A stretch of DNA of 64,000 nt from Ginglymostoma cirratum. Its lineage: Eukaryota. The notes below the pieces were generated by a model. That model searched no databases, was not told the origin of the DNA, and saw only the letters and a program-made list of their open reading frames with translations. The stretch lies in assembly GCA_024137785.1 (NCBI GenBank), contig JAHRHZ010000094.1, positions 1,476,558-1,540,557 of the forward strand. The letters run 5' to 3'. Shown one piece after another: positions 25,901 to 37,906 of the stretch. Each line of letters begins with the position of its first letter. Position 1 is the first letter of the stretch. A program made the position numbers and the translations under genes.

Positions 25901-28900
25901 TGCAAACTGGGTCACTCCTGTATCCACTGGGCCATTCTCATCTCTCCAAGTCACAGAAATATCAGCAGGGTAAAAGTCTGACACCAAGCAAGTCATAGTA
26001 ACGTTTTGCCCTGCAGAGGCAGCATTAGACAGAGGAGCGATCAGGTGGATCACAGGATTCTGAATGAAACCATCTACAGCAAAGACAGGAACAGATCATT
26101 AGAGAAACAAATATTTACAACTTCAGTATAGGCATCAAGTCAAATGTATTTCAGGAAAGTTGTGAAGTTTAGAGCAGTGACTATGGTTTACAGCATCAGT
26201 AACGTAATACTGCAAGCCAGGAACAGGAATGTGGAATATGAACATTGGGCTGCCTTCTAATATAGCCCCTGGTTGCTCATACATCAGGTGAATCACTTGA
26301 TGATTCATAAACAGATAAATTATAAGGGAACACTAGCCAGACTTCAATGATCTAGCTCTTTAGTGAATAATAAGCTCAGAACTCAAGGCAGAATATAGGA
26401 AGGTGGAAACCTATCTGTTCCCTTCTTGGCAGGTAGAATTGGTCGTGTTACTGACTTTCCCTAATCTATATCGTAAGCAAGGTGAACAATCATAGGCATG
26501 GCTTCCAGGATGAGAGACTATAAAACCTTTCCCTTGACCCTACTTTTGCCTCCCTGAAGATCAACGAGCAAAAAAAAGGTCTGATTCATGGATATGGTAT
26601 TGAAATCCTCCCCACTTGGTCCCAGCCTGGGTTCCACAGTAGTTTGTACTGCGGCCCTTGTTGGTGTGATTTACATTAATGATTTGGACTTAAAGGTAGG
26701 AGGTAAATTCAAGACAATCTCAGATGACATAGCATCATAAAATGAAATATTGCAGGGTGATAAGTAGTGAAGATGATAGTTGTAAACTTCAGGAGGATAT
26801 CGGTGGACTGGTCAGGTGGACAGAGAAGTTGCAAATAGAATTCAAACTGGAAAAATGAGAGTTTGGGAACTGCTACCAAGGCAAGGAATGGTGGGACCCT
26901 GTAAAGTACTGATTATCATTGATATGCATGTATAGAGACCACTGAAGATAGGAAGACATGTAGATAAGGTGGTTAAGAAAACGTATAGGATACGTGTCTT
27001 ACCTAGCCAAGGCATACAAGAGCAGGAAGGTTATGCTGCAATGAAAACAGAAGTGCTGGAGAAACTCAGCAGTTCTGGCAACATCTGTGGAAAGAGAAAC
27101 AGAGCTAATATTTAAAGTCTAAAGACTCCTCTTCAGAGCTGAAGTATCTTGTGTTTATTTGAGGTAATGTGGAAGTGTATAAAATGCTAGTTGGGCATGA
27201 CTGCAGCACTGCGCAGCTCTGGTCGCCACATTATAGGAAAGATGTGATTGTACTAGAGAGGGTGCAAAGGAGATTCACCAGGATGCTGCCTGGACTGGAG
27301 AGTCTGAGCTATGAGAAAAGATTGGGTATGCTGGGGCTGTTATCCTTGCAGCAGTGAAGCCAGAGAGGAGGCTGACAGAGGTATGTAAGGTTACGTGGGG
27401 CAGAGATAGGCTGGATAGGAAGGCACTTTTTTTGTGAGTAGTGGGGTCAATAAATGGGGTATAGATTTAAGGTGAGAGGTAGAAGACTAAAAGAGTTTTG
27501 GGGAATTATTTTCTGACAAAGGGTGACAGGAGTCTTGAAGTCACTGTCTGAAACGTTGCTTAAGTCAGATGCTTGCATAATAATTCAGCTGCATTTAGAT
27601 ATTCACTTGCACTGCCATAGCCTCCAGGGCTATCGGGCAAAAGCTGGGAAATGAGATTAATGTAGTCAGATCTTGTGTCAACCAGCATAGACATGATGGG
27701 CCGACTGGCCTCCTCTATGCCGTAATTGTCTATAAATGACCAAATGCGCTAGCTCAAGACAATTGAGCAACTCATTATGGAAGACTTACTTTAAAATAAA
27801 GTTTCGTTCATAAAATGATCCCTCATAAAAGGGTTTAAAGCTGTAAAAATAGTCCATTAGCAATTTGTATCCCTGTTGTATTAGTGTTTATTTATCTGTG
27901 GTTCTTTACTAATTTTAGTAAAACGTAGAATATGTAGCTTGTAGAGACAAGAAGTGTTGTAACTGGACAGAGGAGTAAGAGGATTTATGATTAGTTTTTC
28001 CTCTAGTCATGTTAGGAGTCTGAGGGGAAGATGATAAAAAGAGATGAAACAGATAAGGAATAGTGCCAGACAGAGCCAGGCTAGGGCAAGATAAAGCGGG
28101 CCCTGCTTGGGTGAGTAAAAGGTGTTTATCTGGATCTGGAGACATACGCTTTTTATATGAATATAGGAACATAAAATCATACAATACAGAGGGGGTCCTT
28201 TGACTCACTAAGTCTGTATGTACAAACAAGATTGGAATTTGAGTAATGACCAGTGTACTTGATAGGAAGTGTTTACAAAATGGAATTCCTTGTATTTGGC
28301 AGAATTCCGTTCTACCTAGTTTAGAATACACTGTGTGCACTTGGATGGATAATGGTAAACTCATTTTAAAAATTCCTTTGGTCAATCATTAGAAGTAACA
28401 TCAACAACAAGAATTCAATAGACATGATCTTGGTCTTCTCAGATGATATTCCATGCTTGAGGTTTTTAGAACATGACACAATTTTGAGTGGAAAAGAAGT
28501 TTTTAGCAGGAAGGAGAAATAGGAATCTAGAAGTAACTTGGCAGCATTCAAGTTAGACTTTGTGTAGTTTTAGCTCATTTAATGCCCTAGGATATATCAA
28601 GTAAACATTTAAAGACAAGCAAATTCAACATCCTTACCATTTCTTTTCCTCAAACTGTGCCTCATAGGAGATGACAATGAAACATGTTGAATTTGACAAG
28701 TGTACAAAGATCCAGATTCCCACTCATCCACAGTGACCGTTAACTCACTTCTGGAAGTATAACTCCCATTTGTGTTTAAAGTTGGTGGAAGAGTTTTTGA
28801 ACTAAAAGCAGTTTTACGGTTATTAACCAGCCAGCTAAACAAAATGCTTTTTGGATAAAATCCAACAGCCAGACACACAATTGTTGCAGTTTTCCTCACA

Positions 28901-31900
28901 TCAATCTCTTCAAAAGTTGGAGGGAACATGTAGATGGATGGCAGAATCAGGCCTAAATGAATAGAAGTGGTTATTGGTCAGAATAGTATTGTCAGAAGTC
29001 AATTCATGGCAACAGAATAATTTGCATTTAGATATCAAAGCTTCAGAACATCCCAAAGCATGTTACAACCACTGAAGACAATTACTGTTCCTTTGTTGGC
29101 AAAATGTGGCATCTAATTTACACTTAGTGAAATCCCGCAAATGGCAGTGAAATGAATGTCGAACGAAACATTAAGAAAATAAATCTTGTTTCAATCATTA
29201 TTCATATATCAAAATAATATTTTCTCTATGTTATTGTGGTATAATAATGGTTCTGGGCAAGGGAAGGTCTAGGGTCCATCTGACACAGTAATTTACAGAG
29301 TTCAAATAATTAATTTTGAATAACACTGGGTCCCATAAATTGACAAGAATCTTCCCAGATTTCTGCTTGTTTCCCACCAAGAAAAACAGTACCTTTCAGG
29401 TTGAATTGGCTGAACCAGTGAAGAACTTGAGGAACTGAAATATAAGGGAGTTATATCCTGTACCTGCTCCCATGTTGAAATTGTGAAATTCTACCGATGG
29501 TGCTGATTTAAGTAAGATCTTCAAATTTGCCAATTGGCTCACGTACATAAATGCAAGTAGGCTTGTTTTAAAAGTATGTTAAAAAAAATTACAAAAAAAA
29601 TCTCAAGGCTGTGCATTGATTAAACAATTAAGTTGGATCAGTATAACTTTAATGGTATTTTCATTTGGAAGAACACAGTCTGCTAAAATTTCTTAAATTT
29701 ATATAGACCCACTTTCCGCTCTATGAACAAAGTTTCACAAACTTAGGTCTTGTAAATTCTTCAGGTATACATTTTGCTGAAAGAAAATGAAAAATATCAT
29801 TGTGATTTTGGAAAATGATTTTAATGGAAATGCAACACAGCCTAACCAGTGCCATTCCAAACCCATGTTGAACTCAGTTTCCCACGTGTAACCAACGCAG
29901 AAACTTTACCGTCCACAGGAGCCCGATTCTCTACATATTCAGATCCATACATGAAGGGACTTGTCCCTGGGATAATCCCCCATTTCTGCTTTACCTCTAG
30001 TAAAGCAAAAGGAGTTATTGGAGATAAGTTTGGACCTGAGAGTGGATCTATGGGACAGCAGATATCTATCAGAGGTGGAACTGAGTGCAACAGTGTGAGT
30101 CGAAGCCAGAGATAAGGATGGACCTGAGAGGATGAGAGAATGAGTTTTTGGGAGACTTAATGTGTCGGCAAGGGGCAGTGGGGGGATGACTTGTGAGGAG
30201 CTGGTGAGCTTTATTTTAAGATTTAAGGTTAATTCTGTTAATTGAATAACTGGCCTAATAAATAGGGGCATGGCCAGGAACATGGAACAGTACAGCGCAG
30301 TACAGGCCCTTCGGCCCATGATGTTGTGCTGAACTTTTACCCTAAACCTAAGGTCTATCTAACCTCCACCCCTACCTTATACTATCATCCATATGCCTGT
30401 CTAATAGCTGCTTAAATGCCCCAAATGAGGTTGACTCTACTACCCTCTCCAGCAATGCATTCCATGCCCCTACCACTCTCTGAGTAAAGAACGTACCTCT
30501 GATGTCTCCCCGATGTCTAACTCCACTCACTTTAAAACTATGCCCCCTCATAATAGCTACCTCCACGCTAGGAAAATGTCTCTGGTTTTCCACTCTGTCT
30601 ATACCTCTGATCATTTTGTACACTTCTATCAAGTCACCTCTCATCCTTCGTCGTTCTAAAGAGAAAAGCCCTAGCTCTCTTAACCTTTCCTCATAAGAAC
30701 TTCCCTCCATTCCAGGCAACATCCTGGTAAAAACACATTCTAAAACATATTCTTTTACATGTGGGAATTCTACTTCCCATGTTCTGAACATAGCCATGAT
30801 GTGGAGGCGTCAGTGTTGGACTGATGTAGACAAAGTCAGAAATCACATGACACCAGGTTATAGTCCGACAGGTTTATTTGAAATTGCAACCTTTCATAGC
30901 ACTGCCCCTTCTCAGGTAACAAAGGAGCAGAACTCTGAAAGCTTGTGATTTCAAATAAGCCTGTTAGACTATAACCTGGTGCCATGTGACTTTTGATCGT
31001 GTTCTGGAATGGATTGAGAGCTGTGGAGGAGCTTGAGCAATGTTGAGAGCTATGTGCCTGCTTCCTAGGGCTGGTGAGCCGACAGCTTGAGAGAATCCAG
31101 GCACAGGTCGTTGGACAGATGTAGAAGTCTCGCTCTCTGACTAGAATTCAGTTCCAAATACTTAATTAAAAGGTAGTTACAAGAAAGTAGTGTACAAGAG
31201 ATTTTGAATAAACCTGTTAGTTTAACTTACCATCTTTACTGATCACTTTTCTGATTGGGGAAGGCAGGGTTTTGTGTGAAACAAGGCAGGTATATTGAAG
31301 ACCATGTAGCCACTGAAGTGTTGGCACTGTTAGCTCACTGATGATGGTGTAACTGTCTTCCGATTCCATCAGTATCCCGGAGTTGGAAATCCCTGAGGAG
31401 AGCTGGGTGCTGCCAATCCACCAAGACACAGAGACAGTGTCTGGGTAGAAATCACTCACCACACAGACCAGTTTGCAGTCAGCCTGCAGGGAAATTCCCT
31501 CAGGTGATGGCTGAAGGAGCCGGACGGAAGGTGGTCTCGGTGAGATGGCTGGGTTCAGAAAGTAAAGAACAGTTGGTTCAATTTCCTTCGAGTGAATCTA
31601 CAGGGTTATAGCCAATCCTTCACCGTGATTTGCTGCCATGCTTTCTAGCCACACTTTAGCACCTCCTCAACATGAAGTCCAAGTTTGCACTTGTCCGATA
31701 ACCCGGGTCACTTTCTAAACTTGTTCTTTTTTCCAATTATTTATAATGGACTTACTCAGAGATGTTATGGCACAAGTTGGATTTAGAATGCTGGCCTCCT
31801 GGTCTAGAGGTGAGGACATTGTCACTTCACCTCACCAGTCCTACAGCTTTTTGCCGTATGTTTGCAGATGTTGGTGCTGTTCACAACATGACCCAAGCCT

Positions 31901-32894
31901 GGGTCTCGGCAATTAGCTCAGCAGCAGGTATCACCCTCGGCGCTAGGTAAATTCACAGACGGGGAGAAAGCCGATTCCGCAGCCACTAACAGAAACAGAG
32001 GGGCAGTGAGCGGCTGAGTCCCCCCACTGCCAACCTCTGCTCCCTGTCTGATGGCTATTCCTGAAGGGGGGGGAGGGAGGGTGGAAGAAAACAGCTTGTT
32101 GGAGTGAACCAGTTCAGCCTCGACCCCCCACCCCCCACCCCAAGCAATGAGGCTCCTACTTGGTGGTTTGGGGGAGAGCGCCTGTTAGCCTGGGCCAGCC
32201 TGGGACAGAGGTTCCTGAATCCCTCCTGGGTTCGAACAATAACCCTGCTTCGCTCTGCACTGGTCCTACTGAGCTTTTCCAGCTTTCCCTGCCTGTGTTG
32301 CTGATCTGAGGGTGGCACCGACCTGGTTTCACGTTGAGGGTCACCGCACAGCCGCACCAGTCTTTCGCGTTCACCACAACGTCCGCACTTTGACAGTAAA
32401 ACCTCGTGGAGTCCCCGCGTTTCACCTGCTCGATGGTTAAAGTGAATTCACTGTCATTGGCGGCGGAGAAACGGGGCTGAAACGCGGCCAGCCGGGTGAA
32501 GTTAGTCGATCCCGGGCTCAGGGACATGATCCATGTGATGGTGGAGTTGCCCGCTGGCACATAGCCCCAGGTTAGCGAGTGGTCATCCGGCTGCTGGCTG
32601 CTTCTACAGCCCAGTCTCACTGTCTCACCCTCCCGAGCATCCTGTACTGCCTGCAGAATGACCAGGTTGGAGTTGGAAAGGACTCCATCTGAACAGAGAG
32701 AGAGAGAGTCAGGGAAACTTACAAAGTGCTGAGGACAGAGACAGAACACTCAAGAGAGCTCAGAAACATAGAAATCTTGCGGTGTCTCTTTCTGATTTAC
32801 ACCATCCGCAGTTCTTTCCGTTTTTAGGGAGGGACCTTAGCTCCTTACCCATCTGCAAGGCCATCAGCAGCAAAGTCCAACACAGCCCTTGCAT
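22968..32894 (-). CDS. Gene A: non-rearranging antigen-receptor-like IgSF protein, L-V-C1-C1-C1-TM-short tail (~502 aa); exons 32894-32849, 32688-32323, 31548-31231, 28952-28638, 26073-25753, 25295-25164, 22978-22968
   Basis: All introns are GT-AG and phase 1, and internal exon lengths are multiples of 3 (366, 318, 315, 321, 132). No internal stops; canonical C-W-C Ig motifs in all four domains. Each exon except the second C1 has a homolog in gene B. Confidence 0.9.
23170..24315 (+). mobile_element. Decayed CR1/L2-group LINE (RT remnant) in the last intron of gene A
   Basis: LDIKAAF and MFADD..MQQDLD..QTWTDKWQVTF RT motifs with frameshifts. Confidence 0.8.
25164..25295 (-). CDS. Gene A transmembrane exon
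   Basis: ISSGSPRIMVPLCIVAAVSGLLLIIAAVTIIYKKATFSSSTDT; hydrophobic span + KK stop-transfer; aacag| and G|gtaaga. Confidence 0.88.
25753..26073 (-). CDS. Gene A C1-set exon 3 (membrane-proximal)
   Basis: VTMTCLVSDFYPADISVTW...EWEKKRTYWCEVKHVSL; tttgctgtag| acceptor, G|gtaaag donor; 321 nt. Confidence 0.93.
26630..27735 (+). mobile_element. CR1/HER1-type LINE 3' fragment
   Basis: WSPHYRKDVIVLERVQRRFTRMLPGLESLSYEKRL (ORF 27169..27357). Confidence 0.85.
28638..28952 (-). CDS. Gene A C1-set exon 2 (no counterpart found in gene B)
   Basis: PSIYMFPPTFEEI...ATIVCLAVGFYPKSILFSW...EWESGSLYTCQIQHVSL; Ig-heavy-constant-like; 315 nt, phase 1-1. Confidence 0.93.
30280..30735 (-). mobile_element. CR1/HER1-type LINE 3' fragment
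   Basis: FTRMLPGMEGSSYEERLRELGLFSLERRRMRGDLIEVYK (ORF 30372..30797). Confidence 0.88.
31231..31548 (-). CDS. Gene A C1-set exon 1
   Basis: PRPPSVRLL...KLVCVVSDFYPDTVSVSW...YTCLVSHKTL; 318 nt, phase 1-1. Confidence 0.93.
32323..32688 (-). CDS. Gene A V-set exon with built-in J-like segment
   Basis: GETVRLGC...LTWGYVPAG..TWIM...PRFS...FTLTIEQVKRGDSTRFYCQS...DWCGCAVTLNVKP; ctgttcag| acceptor, CAG|gtcggt donor. Confidence 0.92.
32849..32894 (-). CDS. Gene A leader exon (MQGLCWTLLLMALQM)
   Basis: Hydrophobic signal peptide ending G|gtaaggag; same donor and ALQx ending as the gene B leader. Confidence 0.85.
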
Positions 32895-33339
32895 TCTCAG
32901 CTGCCTTTACCCGGCTTTGATGTGCTCGGAAGCTCAACTGACTCTGAGAGCGAGGGACTTTTCAGCTCCTTCCTCATTTCTCACAGCGCAGCAAAGAAGG
33001 GACAGGCGTGAAGGGCTTGCTCCAAATTTATCTCTTCAATTCAGCTCAAACACAACGGTCAGCCCTTCCCTGTACTGTAAACCAAAAATGCTGGAAATCG
33101 CAGCATCCGTAAAGAGAGAGAGAGCAAGCCACTCGAAACATTAGCTTGCTCTCTCTGCATGGACGCTGCCTGACCTGTTGTGATCTCCAGCTTTTGTTGT
33201 TTACAGTACAGCTTCCAGCATCTGCAGGAATTTACGCCTACATTGTGTTCTGTCCTCCCCTAGGACCCAGTTCCAGTGTACCGTCCAAACAGACTTCAGA
33301 GCAAGTGCTGCACTCTTGCTAAGTTCAAGAAAGCTCTGA

Positions 33340-34740
33340 CAAGTCCGTCTGCAAAAACCAAATTGCCTGCCCTTTTAACAGCCCACCGTGTTCCCTGGCC
33401 AACATCTCTGTCTCAGGCTTGCTGCAGTGATCCAGCGAAGCACAGCACAAGCTGGAAGAACAGCATCTCAATTTCTTCTTGGGGACCCTGCAACCTTCTG
33501 GACTCAATATCGAGTTTTCAGGCTTGAGCTCTCCCATGTCCTTTTCCCAACCCCCACAAACCAGGCTTGTTAACACAAGGTCTGCTATTACACACAACCC
33601 ATTGTTAGCCACTAACACTCCCCATTAACAGCCATCACCAGACACATATCCTCATTCGAGTTATTTATATGAATGACAAACCACAGACACACATTCCCCT
33701 CCCCTCCCTTGTCCACCTTCCACAGGGACCATTCCCCCCAGGACACCCAGGTCCACACTCCCTTCAACCCCAACACCTCCCCACAGCCCTACGGCACCTT
33801 CCCCTGTCGCTGGTGAAGGTGCAACACCTGCCCATTTACCTCCTCCCTCCCCAGTATCCAAGGGCCTAAACATACCTTCCAGGTGAAGCAACATTTCACC
33901 TGCACTTCCCAGAATCTAATCTACTGCATTCATTGCTCACGATGTGGTCTCCTCTACACTGGGGAAACGAAGCATAGACTTGGCGACCGCTTCGCAGAAC
34001 ATCTACGTTCTGCTCACAAAAAAGACCCTGAACTAGCTGTTGCCTGCCACTTCAATGCACCTCCCTGCTCCCTGGTCAACATGTCTGACTCTGGCTTGCT
34101 ACAGTGCTCCAGTGAAGCCCAACGCAAGCTGGAGGAACAACACCTCATTTTCTGCTTGGGGACTCTACAGCCCTCCGGACTCAATATTAAGTTCAATAAT
34201 TTTACGGCCTAAACTCTCCCATGTCCCAGCCCCCCACCCCACACACCAGGCCTTGTTACCACATAGCCTGCCACTATACACCCCCTGTTGTTAGTCACTA
34301 ACAGTCCCCATTAACAACTATTCAGCCTCCCAGCCCGATTGTTAGCAACTCCTTTGTCCGTCCAACTGTCTTTCTCTCTCTTTGGGCTCTATCCTATCGT
34401 TTACTCCCTACCCCACCCACCTCCCTATTTTCTGCATATAAACTGATGTATTCCCAGCCGCCAACAGTTCTGAGGAAGGGTCACCGGACCAGAATCGTTA
34501 ACTCTGTTTTATCCTTCACAGATGCTGCCAGACCTGCTGAGATTTTCCAGCAACCTTGTTTTTGTCCCCATTAATAGCTATTCACCCACCCTGCCTGATC
34601 GTTATCCACTCCTTTGTCTATCCCCACCTATTGTTCACTCCCTCACCCTATCTTCTGCATAAAAACCAATAGCTGAGTTCTCTTCACAGATGCTGCCAGA
34701 CCTGCTGAACTTTTCCAGCAACTTCTGTTTTTGTTTGTAA
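33340..34740 (+). mobile_element. Penelope-like retroelement 3' fragments (tandem), including a GIY-YIG endonuclease remnant
   Basis: ORF 33883..34212 FTCTSQNLIYCIHCSRCGLLYTGETKHRLGDRFAEH is GIY-YIG-like. There is a partial duplicate at ~33340-33650, repeated gatgctgccagacctgctga termini and a degenerate hammerhead core at 34466-34503. Confidence 0.85.
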
Positions 34741-35034
34741 GTTTTGACAGGTTGGTTTCACAGATGCGCTTGTGAGACACCACAATGGCTATTGAGTCAG
34801 TACGGCAGTAGGGAGGTGGTGATTTTTCTCCGGATGTGTGTAGAAGTTGTAGTGCAGCTGTAGATGGAGAAGAAGCTTAGAGATCAGGAATGGGAGAGAG
34901 ATATGCATGGGACCTTATTATGGATAAAGAAGGATGATGTGCCGCATTGGTATTGGGTTCTTTGGTTCGTCATTTATGTAAACAACTCGAACAAGAATAT
35001 AGGAGGCATAGAATCAGCATGGACAAGGCCATTT

Positions 35035-36098
35035 AGAGTCATAGAGCTGTACAGCATGGAAACAGACCCTTTGGTCCAACTCGTCCATACCGACCAGATA
35101 TCCTAAATGAATCTAGTCCTATTTACCAGCAATTGACCCATATCCCTCCATGCCCTACCCATTCATATACCCATCCAGATGCCTTTTAAATGTTGTAACT
35201 GTACCAGCCTCCACCACTTCCTCTGGCAGCTCATTGCCTACACGCACTAGCCTCTGTGTGAAGTTAACCCCTCAGGTTCTTTTTAAATCTTTCCCCTCCC
35301 ACCTTAAACCAATCTCCTCTAGTTTTGGACTCCCCTACCCTGGGGAAAAAACCTTGACTATTCACCCTATCCATGCCCGTCAATATTTTATAAACTTCTA
35401 GAAGGTAACCCCTCAGCATCTGTCACTCCAGGGAAAATAGCCTCAGCCTATTCAGCCTCTTCCTATAGCTCAAACCCTCCAACCCTGGCAACCCCATTTC
35501 TGATGAAGGGTCTAGGCCCGAAACGTCAAGCTTTCCTGCTCCTATGATGCTGCTTGGCCTGCTGTGTTCATCCAGCCCCACACCTTGTTATCATTGTAAA
35601 TCTTCTCTGAACTGTTTCAAGTTTCACAACATCCTTCCTATTGCAGGGAGACCAGAATTGCATGCAATATTCCAAAAGTGTCCTAACCAATGTCCTGTAA
35701 AGCCACAACATAACCTCCCAACTCCTCTACTCAGTGCATCAACCAATAAAGGCAAGCCTACCAAACACCTTCTTCACCATCTTGTCTACATAGGACTCCA
35801 CTTTTAAGAAAGTATGAACCTGCACTCCAAAGTCTCTTTGTTTAGCAACACTCTCCAGGACCTTACCATTAAGCAGATACGTTCTGCCCTGATTTGCCTT
35901 TCCAAAACGTAGCATCTCACCTTTATCTAAATTAAACTCCATCTGCCGCACCTCAGCCCATTGGCCCATCTGATCAAGGTCCCATTGTACTCTGAGGTAA
36001 CCTTCTTCACTGTCCACTACACAATTTTGCCGTCTTCTGAAGGCTTACTAACCACACCTCCTATCTTCACACCCCAATAGTTTATATAAATGATGAAA
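35035..36098 (-). mobile_element. CR1/HER1-type LINE 3' fragment with nested Penelope-derived insert (~35495-35595)
   Basis: QWDLDQMGQWAEVRQMEFNLDK (ORF 35739..36017); agtcatagag-type tail. Confidence 0.85.
35497..35530 (+). ncRNA. Minimal hammerhead ribozyme motif in a short Penelope-derived insert
   Basis: ttt-CTGATGA-A-GGGT-ctag-GCCC-GAAA-CG-TC-aag. Confidence 0.65.
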
Positions 36099-37522
36099 AC
36101 CCCTAGGATGTACATATTTGATACACTCTAACCACCTGCTCTAATATTACCTCATGTGGCTGGATGTCAACATTTATTTTCTAATGTTATTGTGAAACAT
36201 TTTGAGGTGTTTTTATTATGTTATTGATACTATACATATTTAAAGTGTTCTTTTGCTAGATTGCACGCAATCTAATTAAAAATTGACTTGTACAAAATTG
36301 CAGGCTTGTAGTAGGGAAACAAACATAGGTTTTGTTAAAGCAGTTGTGATCATTCAATCATTCAAATAATTAAGGTATCAGTTTGATATCAGTTTGGCCA
36401 ATTTCTCACAGTTTCTATAATACTTAATGAACTTATTTCTGATACATACCTAATAAATGAATCCATACACTTCTAAAAGCATTGGAATAATATGGACTAC
36501 ATAAAACAGAAAACTGTACAACGATTGCAAAACATTTCCAGAATCTGACACATGTGTTCGAGAAGTAGCTTAGTACAGTGAGGTACAATTTCCGGTAATT
36601 CATCTATCACTTGTAGTTAGTGAGATGTTTTGCTAGTTTGGATAAACGTTCCTGAATTTAAAAAGAAGAATATTTGACTGCAGTATCCAATTGCTTCTTA
36701 GATTGTTCCAAAACTCTCTCAGGAACTCAGTGTTTTACTGATGGCTCCAAGTGTGGAACTTCTCAGACTAAGTCCTATGGCAGAATCTTCCTGAATGATG
36801 TGGGCAATTGTCCCATGTACCCTACAGAAACTAAACCGCAGCAGTTACTGAGCAGGAATTCTGAGCTGTTAGCTGGTGACTGCTAGCTCCCTGGCTCCTC
36901 AGGCCTGCTGAGCCCGGGCAATGGGGGCATGTCGCAGCCTCAATGCAGAATCATGGCACATCTCTGACCCACTTACTATATGGCAGTGCACTTCAGTGCT
37001 GCATTTTGGAGCACACTGGCATCTTTGGGGCCAGGCCACTGTGGGTGGGAGCAAGGTGGGGGGGTGGTGGGCACTCACCTCATGGAATAAACTAGGGAGC
37101 ATCTCAGGTCTCATCCCCCCACTCTGTTAGTGCTTCATCACTTTGTGCCTTCTATGATGCTCACAGTGTCTCTGCCTTGCCTTGCCAGTATACATTCTGT
37201 CCCCACAGTCAGAGCTTGAAGGCTCATGCCTTTCCTTTGTGAGCACACGCAAAATCAGGCAGTTCAAGTACTAGCCATGTTGCTGTTCCGTCAATCTCAC
37301 ACCCACAGATGATCATGTTCTGAAGCTTGAGGGGGGTGGTCCTTATTTAACCCCCTGTCAGGGTTTTCCAGCACAGGGCCAGTGTCCAATATCAGACCAG
37401 GGGCATGGCCATGGTCAGACACCCACTAGTGTGGTCAGTATTAGTGGGTCCATTATCACTACTGTCTGGGAAGTGGGGCACGGTTAGTCCAGAAAGTCCA
37501 GTACAACCAATCTGTGGAAAAA

Positions 37523-37906
37523 TGGAGATCAGTCAGGGATCTTCAGTGAGATCAGTCAGGGATCTTCATGGGGTTCAGTCAGAGATCTTCACGGAGATCA
37601 GTCAGGGATCTTCACGGAGATCAGTCAGGGATCTTCACGGAGATCAGTCAGAGATCTTCAGTGAGATCAGTCAGAGGTCTTCATGGAGATCAGTCAGAGA
37701 TCTTCACGGAGATCAGTCAGGGATCTTCACGGGGTTCAGTCAGAGATATTCATGGAGATCAGTCAGGGATCTTCACGGAGATCAGTCAGAGATCTTCAGT
37801 GAGATCAGTCAGAGATCTTCACGGAGATCAGTCAGGGATCTTCTGGAAGATCAGTCAGGGACCTTCATGGAGATCAGTCAGAGATCTTCACGGAGATCAG
37901 TCAGGG
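37523..37906. repeat. Minisatellite, 23-bp unit GAGATCAGTCAG(G/A)GATCTTCA(CG/GT/TG), ~16-17 copies
   Basis: Directly visible tandem array; explains the repetitive ORFs 37405..37923 and 37568..37966. Confidence 0.95.

Noticed and set aside
29020-29027. Octamer ATTTGCAT as an intronic Ig enhancer (also near 8180, 11229, 54085, 62457)
   Set aside because: A handful of hits is expected by chance in 64 kb of AT-rich DNA; none lies at a promoter position.
32156-32322. Read-through of gene A V exon giving a soluble V-only protein
   Set aside because: A GC-rich intron is often open by chance; no poly(A) signal nearby and B stops two codons after its donor.
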